DNA from: the human T2T-CHM13v2.0 reference genome, Homo sapiens
Length of the DNA: 64,000 nt
Strand: one strand, 5' to 3'
NCBI RefSeq assembly: GCF_009914755.1
Contig: NC_060930.1
Both the position numbers and the translations under genes were made by a program. Position 1 is the stretch's first letter. Each line of letters begins with the position of its first letter. Shown here piece after piece: positions 42,175 to 54,885 of this stretch. The notes under the pieces are model-generated. The model did not search any database. It saw only the letters and a list, made by a program, of their open reading frames with translations, and had not been told where the DNA came from.

Positions 42175-42967
42175 TGAGACGTGAAGCTGGCTGGGCTTCT
42201 GGGTCGGGTGGGGACTTGGAGAACTTTTCTGTCTAGCTAAAGGATTGTAGATGCACCAATCAGCACTCTGTGTCTAGCTAAAGGTTTGTAAACGCACCAA
42301 TCAGCACTCTGCGTCTAGCTAATCAGGTGGGGCTTGGAGAACTTTTGTGTCTAGCTAAAGGATTGTAAATGCACCAATCAGCACTCTGTGTCTAGCTAAG
42401 GGATTGTAAATGCACCAATAAGCATTCTGTAAAATGGACCAATCAGCACTCTGTAAAATGGACCAATCAGCACTCTGTAAAATGGACCAATCAGCAGGAT
42501 GTGGGTGGGGCCAGATAAGCAAATAAAAGCAGGCCACCCAAGCCAGCAGTGGCATCCTGCTCAGGTCCCCTTGCATCCTGTGGAAGCTTTGTTCTTTCCC
42601 TGTTTGCAATAAATCTTGTTGCTGCTTACTCTGTGTATGCAGTACCTTTATGAGCTGTAACACTCACCACGAAGGTCTGCAGCTTCATTCCTGAAGCCAG
42701 CGAGACCACGAACTCACCAGCAAGAAGGAACAACTCCGGACGTGCCACCCTTAAGAGCTGTAACACTCACTGCGAAGGTCTGCGGCTTCACTCCTGAAGT
42801 CAGCAAGACCACGAACCCACCAGAAGGAAGAAACTCAGGACACATCTGAACATCAGAAGGAACAAACTCTGGACACACTATATTTAAGAACTGTAACACT
42901 CACGGGGAGGGTGTGCGGCTTCATTCTTGAAGTCAGCAAGACCAAGAACCCACCAATTCTGGACACA
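42175..42967 (+). mobile_element. LTR12-family (ERV9) solo LTR, short form
   Basis: tgagacgtgaagctggctgggc...tandem gtctagctaaaggattgtaaatgcaccaatcagcactct units...ccaattctggacaca; TSD ATGT (42171-42174 / 42968-42971). Confidence 0.95.
42230..42560 (+). promoter_or_regulatory. LTR12 U3 enhancer/promoter (CCAAT array, GATA, AATAAA-type TATA)
   Basis: Seven CCAAT boxes, GT-box ggtggggc, ccagataag, aataaaagc; LTR12 elements are established NF-Y-bound promoters; activity of this copy unknown. Confidence 0.55.
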
Positions 42968-45674
42968 ATGTGAGTAGGGGTTTGTCTGTGTTTATTGTTT
43001 ACTATACTTGTAAGCATCAGTGAATTCAAATTCCTCTTACGTACTTATTTTGCCTCCCCACTTGACTTTAGAATCCCATAAATACTTCTCACAAAATCTG
43101 CATGTTTCCAATCTTCCAGCAGTAATGCACTGTTACTTTAGTGGAGCCCTGTTTTATTAGTGGTAAATTGGGAGGGAAGAAATATATTTTTCCACCATAT
43201 TATTACTTCTCAATCTTTAGTGAGCCTATGTCTTTGGAACTTCAAAATCTGGTGTTCTCTGATGGTACAGCTTTCCCCTCCTCTCTTAGATAAAACAGAA
43301 GGCTAGGAGGGGATGAAGCTGAGAAGAGGCTCTGGTGAGGTCTCTCTCCATGAAAAATGGCCTTTCTTTTGGAAAATGTTCTGCAAGTTTTTTGGAATGA
43401 TTATCCTTCCCCTTCTACTGCCAGAGACAAAGAGGGATCATTTTTGGATCTTTATAAGGTGAATCTGGTAGAGGTTTTGGATGTTAAGTCTGCAAAAGTA
43501 TTGGGCTATACCAAGACTGTTGCCTTCGGTAGTTTTGCGCTCATGCTAGGCTACTTGAAACTTCCAGCAATTCATCCAATTATGACTTACGTGTTTCTTC
43601 CGCATTATGCTTCTGCTGCTTTGCTCCAAATAAACAGATCTCTACCGGAACTGTGTAAGAATTTCCGTATCTTTTCAGATTCTGGGTGCCAGTTTGCCCT
43701 GCAAGCTCGCTTCTCTAATAGATCCAAAAAAGTCAATGATTTTCAGGGTTCAAGTTTTTTTGTTGTTTATTTATTTTAAGGTCAAAAATGTTGTCTTCCA
43801 TGCTCATTACATGTCACAGTTAAAATGGAAATTAATTTGTTATACAATTGATAGAAACAAAAGCAATTACTCTGCTCAAAGCTAAGAAGTATTTTACGGA
43901 TTCATTCCTACTGACTAATTTACAGATTTTTTTGGTATATAGTGTGTTCAAAATGTCAGGCTGCACATTACAGATATAAAAGTGCAAAAATCTCCATCCC
44001 ATATTTTACAAAAATTTTATTGTGTATTTGATAAAGTAAAATTTATTGACAAATAACTAAATGGGATATGCTATTTGTGATATGTATGTGTGTGCATACT
44101 TTATATGTATATAAAATACTTGTTTGCATATATATATGAGTGTGTGTATAAAACCCCCACTCTCCCTGGAATTTGATAAGAAATATCACAGAGCACAGAG
44201 ATACTTTGAAATGTTAATTTCCTACTCTGGATGTACAATCTGACATTGAGAGAAAAACAAATGAATATCACTGGAAATATTAATAATTATCTTCCTTTGT
44301 TCTTTTGAAACTTGATTAGTTTAAGTAATGGGGAAGCTAATTAGAAAATGAATAAAAATATAAAGAATGATCAAATAAGCAGTGTGAAAGTTAAATTGAT
44401 TGTTTTTACATTAATTGAAATAACCTACATTATTGAAGAATTACACATGCATCAATCCCCTGCTTCTGTGCTGTGTTTTGCAAAACCATGTAAATTATAT
44501 ACTTTGTCCTTTTTTTTTACACACTGTCAAATCTAGGTAAAATTTACACTCAATATTTGTAAAGTGTTAATTGATACCTTGCAACAGTGTGAATGACCTC
44601 CTATTGTTTCTTGCACTTTACCAAATCGAATAATAATCCTGAGCCTCTTAAATGAAAGAAAGTTCTTCAAAGATTTATAAGCTCATGACCTGCTATTGTT
44701 CTTTTCAAGCTACTGTGACCTTCTTGGCTCATCATTCATTTAATAAAATGAATTCTCTTTTATGTAGTGCAAAGTCTCTGTTTAGAAAATCAGTGACCTT
44801 TTCTCTCGTAATAAAAGTGTTTTTACAAGTCTAGCCCTCTTTAAAATCGTTTGAGTTTATTTTTTGCATCTTTTCTAAACTGTAGAAGAATGAGCATCAT
44901 CAACGACTAGTGCTCTCCCTGGCTTGAAGTTGTGCCAAGTTGTATAAAAGCTCAAGATATAGTTGCATTTAGTTTTGTGGGTTGCATTAAATAAAATGTC
45001 ATTCACCATTCATAAATGCATACTTCATATTGCAGGAGGTTTTACATTGAGTCTCTCAAAGACTATTGATAATTTCTAAATATGTTATACAAACTTGTGA
45101 TATAAATAATCTATAGTATTACTTCTGAGTGTGTATGACTCCTTATTTTGTTTATAACATCTGATAACAATATTCCTAATGTTTTATAATGATTTTATCT
45201 TCTAGGCCAGAATTTTTACCAATATTATGTGTGTTTTAGATAGGAAAAGTGATGGTAATCTACAGTGTTCTTTACATCCCCACTGGCAATATTTATTTCA
45301 GGTCCTAGTTGCATAAAACGAAAGCTATCTTGAAATGTACTCCTTTCAATTGTAGACATTATGGTTTGCAATCCCCTTGCCCATTTTGACTGATATGTAT
45401 TATAGGCCTGCCTTGAAAATTACATGCTGGGTAGCCATCTTCCAAAATGTTTATGAATATGTAGAAATATAATAAATTTAGTGCATTAAGCTTTCACATA
45501 ATACCTAAGGATTTACTTAATAATTATTAATAAATTTAGTCACATGTAAAGAAAGAAATAACATCAAGGACATTCTAAAAGGCATTAAAATTTACTCTTG
45601 GAATGCATTATATCATTTTGTTCTTAGTAAAGTTAACTTTCCAACCTTTTTATTTCAGATTCCCCAAGTAAACC

Positions 45675-47196
45675 TGAGAGGTGACAGCGTGCCTGCAGCC
45701 CTCGCAGCCCTCTCTCGCTCTCGGCGCCTCCTCGGCCTCGGCACCCAATCTGGCAGTGCTTGAGGGGCCTTTCAGCCTGCGGCTGCACTGTGGGAGCCCC
45801 TCTCTGTGCTGGCCGAGGCCGGAGCTGGCTCCCTCAGCTTGTGGGGAGGTGTGGAGGGAGAGGCGCGGGCAGGAACTGGGGCTGTGTGCGGTGCTCGCGT
45901 GCCAGTGCGAGTTCCGGGTGGATGTGGGCTCGGCGGGCCGTACTCAGAGCTGCTGGCCAGTGCTGCTAGCCCCGGGCAGTGAGGGGCTTAGCACCCGGGC
46001 CAACAGCTGTGGAGGGTGCGCCAAGTCTCCCAGCAGTGCCAGCCCGCAGGTGCTGCACTGGAATTCTTGGTGGGCCTCAGCTGCCTCCCCACGGGGCAGG
46101 GCTTGGGACCTGCAGCCCACCGTGGCTCCCCCACAAGGTGGGCTCCTGCACGGTGGCCCGAGCTTCACCGACAAGCGCCGCCCCCTGCTCTGCAGCACCT
46201 GGTCCCATCGACTGCCGAAGGGCCGAGTGCGGGTGCACAGCAAGGGACTGGCGGGTAGCTTCACCTGTGGCCCTGGTGCAGGATCCACTAGGTGAAGCCA
46301 GCTGGGCTCCTGAGTCTGGTGGGGACTTGGAGAACTTTTATGTCTAGCTAGAGGATTGTAAATACACCAATCAGTGCTCTGTGTCTAGCTCAGAGTTTGT
46401 GAATGCACCAGTCAGCACTCTGTATCTAGCTAATCTGGTGGGGACTTGGAGAACATTTATGTCTAGCTAAGGGATTGTAAATGCATCAATCAGCACTCTG
46501 TGTCTAGCTCAAGGTTTGTAAATGTACCAATCAGCATTCTGTATCTAGCTAATCTGGTGGGGACTTCAAGAACCTTTATGTCTAGCTAAGGATTGTAAAT
46601 GCACCAATCAGCACTCTGTGTCTAGCTCAAGGTTTGTGAACACACCAATCAGTGCCCTGTGTCTAGCTCAAGGTTTGTGAATGCACCAATCAGTGCTCTG
46701 TGTCTAGCTAATCTAGTGGGGACTTGGAGAACTTTTGTGTCTAGCTCAGGGATTGTAAAAACACCAATCAGCCCCCTGTCAAAATGGGCCAGTCAGCTCT
46801 CTGTAAAACAGACCAATCAGCTCAGCAGGATGTTGGTGGGGCCAGATAAGGGAATAAAAGCAGGCTGCCCCAGCCAGCAGTGGCAACCCACTGGGGTCGC
46901 CTTTCCACACTGTGGAAGCTTTGCTCTTTCACTCTTTGCAATAAATCTTGCTGCTGCTCACTCTTTGGGTCTGCACTGCTTTTATGAGCTGTAACACTCA
47001 CCGCGAAGGTCTGCAGCTTCTCTCCTGAGGCCAGTGAGATCACGAACCCACCAGAAGGAGGAAAGTCCAAACACATCTGAGTATCAGAACGAACAACTCC
47101 AGACGTGCTGCCTTAAGAGCTGTAACACTCACCGCGAGGATCCACGGCTTCATTCTTGAAGTCAGTGAGACCAAGAACCCACCAATTCCAGACACA
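45675..47196 (+). mobile_element. LTR12D-like (LTR12C/D/E group, ERV9) solo LTR, long form with CpG-rich 5' part
   Basis: tgagaggtgacagcgtg...cctcggcctcggc...; CCAAT repeat units; ends ccaattccagacaca; TSD AACC (45671-45674 / 47197-47200). Confidence 0.95.
46340..46890 (+). promoter_or_regulatory. LTR12D U3 enhancer/promoter (CCAAT array, GATA, AATAAA-type TATA)
   Basis: Seven intact CCAAT boxes, ggtggggccagataagggaataaaagc core; activity of this copy unknown. Confidence 0.6.
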
Positions 47197-47619
47197 AACC
47201 TACACTTGTGCAGTAATGAGTATGTCCAAGTTATACTTATTTCTCAATGGAGACTTAACTGGAATTAAAACTTTGCCTAGGCAACATATTAAACAAAAAA
47301 TATGCATGTGGAAAACTGTGCAGTAATCATAAATTTGTCTTCTCAAAAAATGCTTTGTTAGCAATAGCAGTAACACCATTCCTGTTCCATGCAGCAACTT
47401 CTCAAAACACATTGATACTATCATTGGCCCCATTTTATAGAGGACAAAATGAGGTTCAGGGAGCTTTCTATGACCTCAATTGTCTCAAATGGGGTATGTA
47501 CAGAACAAGATTTTAAACTAACTTACTCTCACTTGAGAAGCTGAAAGTCATACTCCCTATCTAATTGGTAATAAATGCAGTATGTAAAATATTCTGCTAA
47601 AAAAACATTTTTATTATTT

Positions 47620-47795
47620 CTCATAACTTTTGGAACTTAAAACCAATGGGAAATTTTTTCCAGTTGTAGAACAAGAAAACCAAAGTTCAGAAAGGTTAAA
47701 TAAATGTTCCAAATACTCCCCACTGGTGAACAGAATATTAAGAATTTGAATCTGGATTTTACTCCATAGTCTGTGTTCTTAACCCCTGTAGTGAC
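47620..47795 (-). mobile_element. MIR SINE
   Basis: gaaaaccaaagttcagaaaggttaaataa...gaatttgaatctgg...actccatagtctgtgttcttaacc. Confidence 0.6.
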
Positions 47796-49020
47796 TGTCT
47801 TTATAAAAGTTGTCCTGTACTCCTCAAAAACAGCTCTGTATTAAAGTCATTTTAGCCTTTCAAATAGAATAGTATCTGCTTAACAGCAGCTCAGTGGCCC
47901 AATTACATCTTTTCATTTTTCAGCTATATGTTGAAGTGAACAGTGTTTAAAAATATGTATTTAATTACATATTTTTATAAATTTTTGTTTAGTATTTTCA
48001 TTTTATTCTCATTAATATAATTAAAGGCTGTGATAATACATGTATTAGTAGTACTAATAGTATATGAATTATTATTTCTGTAATTTTAGTAGAGTTATTC
48101 TATCAGGATTTTAATTTGATAATTGTCAAATAATATACAGTAGAAAAAAATACATGAATAAGTTTGAACAAATTTATACATTCAAAATGCTGTTGTAAGC
48201 ATTAATATCCTTGTGAACGCTAAACTGTCATTTTTTTGTCCTCTACTACCATTTCTGGAATAAATGTTAGTAGTTGAAATAATAAGTGGAGTTTATAGAT
48301 TTAAATATGATGGAGTGGCACAAGCTAAGAACAGGCTTGTCATATTAGAGTGCAATATTTTGGAATGTTATTGATTATAGTTTTCAGAGAAAGAACACTT
48401 TATGCATCATTTATTATTACTAGCAACAATTTTTATTACCTGTATATCAAATAAATGGAAAGCTTCATCTAACTGAGAAGTAGTTGACATGAGTATCTAC
48501 CACAATCAGAATAGATTCTATCACAACTTACAGTAAAGAGAGCCTACGATGTGAGAATTAGGGAGAGTATTAAAGCAAAGAATGTGCTGGCAATAGTATT
48601 GCAAGATGGAATTTATATTCCATATTTACTCCATGAAGCTATTGATTATTTGATAGATATTCTTTCTAACGCAGTGCTGGAATCCAACTTGTCTTCTTTC
48701 CATTGCTTTTAAACTAGGTTTATCTCAGGAGACAAGATATTTTCTAGGAAAATCAATGAAAGTAAAACTGAATACTGAAACTTTTACCACCATATTGGCT
48801 TCCCTTGTGCTTGGCCACTGATATACTTCCTCAGATTACAGTATTAAGAATGCAAGCTTTAAAGGCTGAGTAGTTTCCTGTAATACTCCAACAAGGTAGA
48901 AAGTAGAAAACGTTCCAAATCATATTTGGAGTGTTACAGGAGGGTAGAATTGCAGTTCTTTTTACCTCAACACCCACATGCTCGAAGAAAATCTGTTAGA
49001 GTTGTGTCAGCCTTTATGAA

Positions 49021-49180
49021 AGTGTGATTCTCACCAGCTTTTTTATGTGGATATTAAAACTATAGAATCCTAGGCCAAACCATATATCTACAGAATCAAA
49101 AAACTTGCTTTCAGACCTCAGAATGTGTATTTTAACCAGGACTTTAGAGAATGCCCATGTTAATTTAGGTTTGACAACTA
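49021..49180. mobile_element. MER5-like hAT-Charlie fragment
   Basis: tctacagaatca...gaatgtgtattttaaccagg...tttgacaacta. Confidence 0.5.
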
Positions 49181-49569
49181 GGGCCACAATGGCTTATAAA
49201 TGAGACAAATATGGATTAGAGTGAAAGTTCTGTCAAATGACCTTTCTAAAGCCTTAGTCTCCATTATAACATCAAGAAAATAATGATTTTTATTCCATAT
49301 TATTCTTCTAAAGATATAATGAAATAATATGTAAGAAGCATATGTAGTCCCGAGTAGGGCATGTATATAATCAATAAAGTTAGATAGTGTTATTATTATT
49401 AGTTATGTCTGTGAGAAAACTACAAAAAATGTTATTCATTCTTGATCTAGATGAAAGGTTGGGACTGTGTTTATGACTTGGGGTTGTGTCACAGGTATCA
49501 CAAGGGCCTTCATCATAGACATTTCTTAATAAATAATTGCACTGGTCGTTTTTTGACTCACTTTTCCTC

Positions 49570-50365
49570 TTCCTTCACATTTTGCCAATTAAACCTCCAA
49601 AAAAAATCCAATCTATTCATGTCTATCCATTACTACTGCCCTAATATCCCAGTCCAAACCAACTCACCTCTTACTTAAAATGAAGCAATAGCCTCCTAAA
49701 AAAAAAACACTTGTAATCTTTAAAACAACAAAAAAAAAAACTGATTGAGATAGTCCCCTGCCTCCATAAAACTAATTTTTAAAACTGGCATTATTTCTTT
49801 TTAAAGCCCTTTAACAATGCATTTTAAAAAATAAAAATAAACTAAAAGTTCTTGCAAGTTCTGTTCCTTGCCTACTCTTTTAGCCCCACCTTAAAAAATG
49901 TGCCTCCTTCATTTCTGTTTCCCAGACACTATATTTCTTTTTTGAAATAGTCTCAGGTATCTCTTCTCGCAGGAATGTGTACATATCACTTTTTGGTTAT
50001 GGTTTTAACCTATAACTCCCTCAGGCTTCCTGACTGCTTCTGACTAAATTAGCAGTCTTTTACCCAAGTCATTCGCTTAAGGAATTCTGTCTTAATTCCA
50101 GTCCAAATTAAATTATCCCTCCATTTTTCTCTACTTGGAATCTAGATGTTGCTGTTTTTTCCTCCTAACCCATAACTCTTTTAAAATGAAAATATTTATT
50201 TTGTATATTTTTGCTAGTTTGTTTAATGCCTGTATCCACCATGACACTGTAATCTCCATGAAGACATACGGTGTCTTTGTTTTATTTTTTACTATAGTCC
50301 CCAGGGCAAGCATACCCATGAAAACATTGGCATGCATTACATGATTCTTGTCTGAATAAATGATT
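49570..50365 (+). mobile_element. L2 LINE 3' part
   Basis: gcaatagcctcctaa...tgtaatctccatgaagac...tgtctgaataaatga (L2 3' end). Confidence 0.65.
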
Positions 50366-50426
50366 GGACAGTTCAGATACTTAAGTACATGTTCTATGTT
50401 CAACAACTTGGTACTTTTATTCAAGG

Positions 50427-50556
50427 TTGTGTATGTGTGTGTGTATATGTATACATATACACACACACATATATATAACACATAAACATTATAACACACA
50501 TATATAACACACACATATATATCATATATATATAAAACATATATATATATATATAT
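50427..50556. repeat. Compound (TG)/(CA)/(TA) microsatellite
   Basis: Directly visible dinucleotide runs. Confidence 0.85.
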
Positions 50557-51309
50557 GTTATTGGGAAGAAGATGTAGCACAGTATCATTCCTATTATATT
50601 AATAAAAGCAAGAAAACCTGCAGAATGTTCAGATCCTCAGCTTTTAGGCTCTCCTTTGGGCAACACTCTTTTAGATGTTGACAGCATAAAATTGGTTCAG
50701 CACTCAAGTCTTCATTCTGCAGATTATTTCTGTGGATAAATCAGCAGGCCTGAATAATTCTTTCCTTTAGCAAGTGCTGTGGGACAAGTAATCCAATTAC
50801 TCCAGAGACTTTTGTGACATTAAGTGAAGCAATTCAAGAAATCACTAACAATATCCACTTTTAAGATCTAAAAGTATCTTACATTTAAACCTTGAATGTT
50901 TTGCTTCTTACTTTCCTTCTCTCTTTTTTTTTTCTTTCATTTCTTGGAATTTAAGTACAGATGTTTTTAAAATAGGGTAAAATTATTAGTGCTTCTATGT
51001 GATTGTGTCCATGAAGCTGTGATAAAATGCAGAAGCTCTATAATTTCTATGAAGTAAAAGTTAGCTTTGGATGTCTGTCTTCTAAGATAGCTAAGCAGAG
51101 TACATGCCAGATATTTTGCACACATTATTTCATTCAACCATTAAATATTCCCAAAATAGAATATTATTATTCTCTTACTCTAATATATTATTATTCACAT
51201 CTTGCAGATGACAAAACTAAGACAAGTGTTAATTGGCATGTACAACAAACTCAGCATATTTAATTCACTCCTACATTTTTCTATTTAACTCAGGAAAAAT
51301 TCCTAAATT

Positions 51310-51800
51310 ATGTAAGTAAATAAAACAAAAGTTTTGTCTCATTAAATAGAATACTAAAAACATAAATAATAAGTCATTATATGTACAATAAGAAGTATTA
51401 AAGCTTATAAAAATAAATATAAATAAGTGGATGGTTGAAGGAGGTGGAGGAAATGAGCTATTTCACATACTGCATTCAAAAACAGCATCTCTAAATATTT
51501 TGTATTCAAACAGAGATTTCAATGTAAAAAAGAGAGTGAACTATCAAATTATTCAGGTTACTAACTTCCCAGGAAGAGGAATAGCAAGGGTGAAGGCACT
51601 AGGCAAGAATAAGTGTGGCAATTTAGAACAGCAAGGTGGTCTGTAATTGAACACAGTTAATAAAGCACAGAATGGTAGCAGCTGAGGATGGAGAAATATT
51701 TCCTTAAAATTGGGGTCCAAAGAGGCCATAGAAATGACGTTAAATATTCTTCTAAGCTTTAGAAATGTCACTGGAGGGAGGACTTTGAGGCACAAAGAGG
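51310..51800 (-). mobile_element. L2 LINE fragment
   Basis: ttccaggaagaggaatagcaagggtgaaggcactagg...gaaatgtcactggagggagactttgagg. Confidence 0.55.
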
Positions 51801-51819
51801 CATATTTTAAAAAATACTT

Positions 51820-51995
51820 ACTATTTTGAGGTATAATTGACATAAAATTGACTTCACTAAAGTGTACAATTCAAGGATTTTTAGCATATGCAGAATTGTG
51901 CAACCATGACTAGTATCTAATTTTGTAATAGTCTCATCATCTATAAGATAAATCCAGTATCTATTCCTCACCATCTCCCTTCTTCCATGCCCTGG
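51820..51995 (-). mobile_element. L1MB/ME 3' terminal fragment
   Basis: ttgaggtataattgacataaaa...aaagtgtacaattca...gaattgtgcaaccat. Confidence 0.65.
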
Positions 51996-52653
51996 TAACA
52001 ATTTAATAAATTGCATCGAACAATCTTCTGGTGCAACTGACATGTTTGTGTAATTAATTATTTAATGCCTACCTCCCCCATTGGGCTATAAGAGTACTTA
52101 GGTGAAAGAACAATGCATGGTTTTAATTGTCATTCAACAAATATTAGTGGTATAACTGAATGGATTATATAAAAAAAAACTTCTTAAAATTTTACAATTA
52201 GATTTTACTTGAAATAAACCCCTGTTTGTCTCATTTACCTCCCAGTAATTTATGGAGTATTTGTATAATCTATTTTGTAGATTCTTTTAAAACCACATTG
52301 CTAGGTATTGTTATATATTCCTTATGCAGTATATTCATATCTCAACTAAACTGCAATTTTAATTCCCACTTAAGTTTTCTCTTTTATCTGATAATTTTGT
52401 TTTAGCTGTAACATTCATTAGGAGTATTCTAAAAATATCTTTTTACATTTTTTCATAAAATATCCATGTTGCTTTCATCATGGCATGAATCAAGCCCACT
52501 AATGAATATAACATCACTCATTAAACATATCACTTTTAGATATATTCATTATTTTTTGTTTTCTACAATGAGAATTGAATTTGGATTTCTCCTAAGGGTC
52601 ATTTATCAAAGCAAAAACTAATATCATTGTAATGTTTTTTATTTTCTTGTGTA

Positions 52654-52958
52654 TTTATTTTATTTATTTTTTCTTTTTTGAGACAGAATCTCACTCCATT
52701 ATCCAGGCAGAGTGCAGTGGCATGATTACAGCTCACTGCCTGGGCCTCCCAGGCTCAAGTGATCCTCCTACCTAAGCTTCCAAAGTTGCTGAAACTACAG
52801 GCACATGCCATCATTCCTGGCTAATTTTTAAAATTTATTGTAAAGATAGAATCTCACTATGTTGCTCAAGCTGGTCTCAGACTACTGGGCTCAAGCAATC
52901 CTCGTGCCTTGGACTTTCAAAGTGCTAAGATTATAGGCATGAGCCACTGCATTTGGAC
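52654..52958 (-). mobile_element. AluJ (AluJo-like) SINE
   Basis: gagacagaatctcactc...ccaggctcaagtgatcctcctacc...ctgggctcaagcaatcctc. Confidence 0.92.
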
Positions 52959-53479
52959 TGTTTACTTTTAAATTATTTTACCTTCATTAATGAATTGAAA
53001 AATAAAATATTGGAATGAGATGAAGAAAATGGAAATGGGGTATGGCCACTCTCTAACTCAATGATATGCTACTGTACACTATTTTACAGCAGACATAGTT
53101 AATATGATCCTCAGTAAAGTGACACATTATTTTATATCCTGGAACTTGAAATCTGCTTGCAGATAATTAAAGCCATGAATATCACATGAATAAATGCCAT
53201 GCAGATGTGGAAATCTCAAAAGTCTACAAAAGCAGTGGCAGATGTTTGGATTAATATGAAGGGTTGGCATATATGATAGACTGGAGACACCACAGGCCAC
53301 CACAAAATAGAAGTTACTTTTTCCATGCAAAAATTCAAACCCAACATAGCAGATGGAATTTTTTAAGAAGAAATGGGAAACTCAATTTTTTTAATGTGGT
53401 ACCTTCCGTCTTAAATTATACCATTTAAAAAAATTATCAACACTATCTTTTCTAACTCTCCATGATCCAAACACCGTAG

Positions 53480-53875
<396 letters not shown>

Positions 53876-54789
53876 TAATTTTTTTATTCAGTGGTAAAGT
53901 AAATGAATCACAGTATATGAGGATAGAAAGTGTTGTCAAAGGTAAAATAGTACCTCTCTGGGAGAAAGCCCAAAGACCTTTGAATAAAAAGCAAAGGGAT
54001 AATTAAAAGGAGAAAGCACTTTATATTTCATACTTAATTCCTTCTCTTATAATAGAGGCAATTCTATCTTTATCTACAGCACTGCTTCCGAAATCCCCAA
54101 GGAAGACATCTCTGAGCTTGTGTGGATATTGAACCTTATCATTGGCATGCAAAGGCACTAGCCTTTGGCAGAAAGGGAGGGATGAGAATGAAATCTTCAA
54201 AATAGCTTCAATTATAGCAGAAGGATTAGTATGTAGCATTTCTCTCTGAGTTCTCACATGCATTTAAGATCCATTGCTTTTTTAATTTTTTTTCACGAAG
54301 TTTTAAAGTCTCTCTCTCTCTCACCTGAAGAGAACAGCATTATCCTTAATTAAAACTCCTGAGAGAGCTTTAGAGGTCTGTAGTTCAGATTGTATTGTTT
54401 GAGTCTTTTCATTTAAGAATTTAAGCCCATCTTGCCAAGTTTCTGATTTTGTTTCAAGATCAGTGATTTGAGGGGCAAAGGAATCAATTTAGTTCCAAGT
54501 GATTGGATACTTTTTTACATGATTTATAATGATAACTCCTTAACCTGCTACATGGAGATTCAGATTTTGCTATGTCAATAACAAGAGTAAAACAGGCTCA
54601 CTGAAAATTTACAGAACTATTAAAAAACAAATATCTAGTAATTAAAAAACACCTCATAAAATTACATTACTTGGTCTGTAGGCACTGAGCACCTTGAAAG
54701 TTACCCAAAAAGAATAATAATATATGGAAGAAATATTTTATTAGGAATGCAAGTAGCAGTAGCCTATACAGACAGATGGGCATACAAAA

Positions 54790-54885
54790 TTCAGGGCTCA
54801 TGTTTTCACACCTCATCTTCTCATCTGTAAAATTTGGAATTAGAGTACTACCTACCTCAGAGACTATTAAGAAGATTAAATTTGA
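54790..54885 (+). mobile_element. MIR core fragment
   Basis: cctcatcttctcatctgtaaaatttggaattagagtactacctacctcagagactattaagaagattaaat. Confidence 0.7.

Larger units (their letters stand above)
40305..43830 (-). mobile_element. Old L1M (MC/MD-type) remnant with ORF1/5' region, hosting MER50 and LTR12
   Basis: L1-like gaagtttg|MER50|aatatgatatgcc continuity; 5'-end-like cattacatgtcacagttaaaatggaa near 43830. Confidence 0.55.

Noticed and set aside
42230-42495. Regularly spaced repeats resembling a CRISPR array (also 46340-46820)
   Set aside because: These are LTR12 U3 tandem enhancer units without unique spacers, in eukaryotic DNA with no cas genes.
45681-46347. Overlapping ORFs of 69-204 aa
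   Set aside because: They lie entirely in the GC-rich part of LTR12D, where stop codons are scarce; no recognisable protein.
42175-47196. Possible ERV9 provirus (two LTR12 in the same orientation)
   Set aside because: Each LTR has its own TSD, they differ in length and subtype, and the spacer has no PBS or gag/pol/env sequence.
54060-54235. Plus-strand acceptor-like site tctttatctacag with weak donor
   Set aside because: All three frames are closed and such motifs are frequent in AT-rich DNA.
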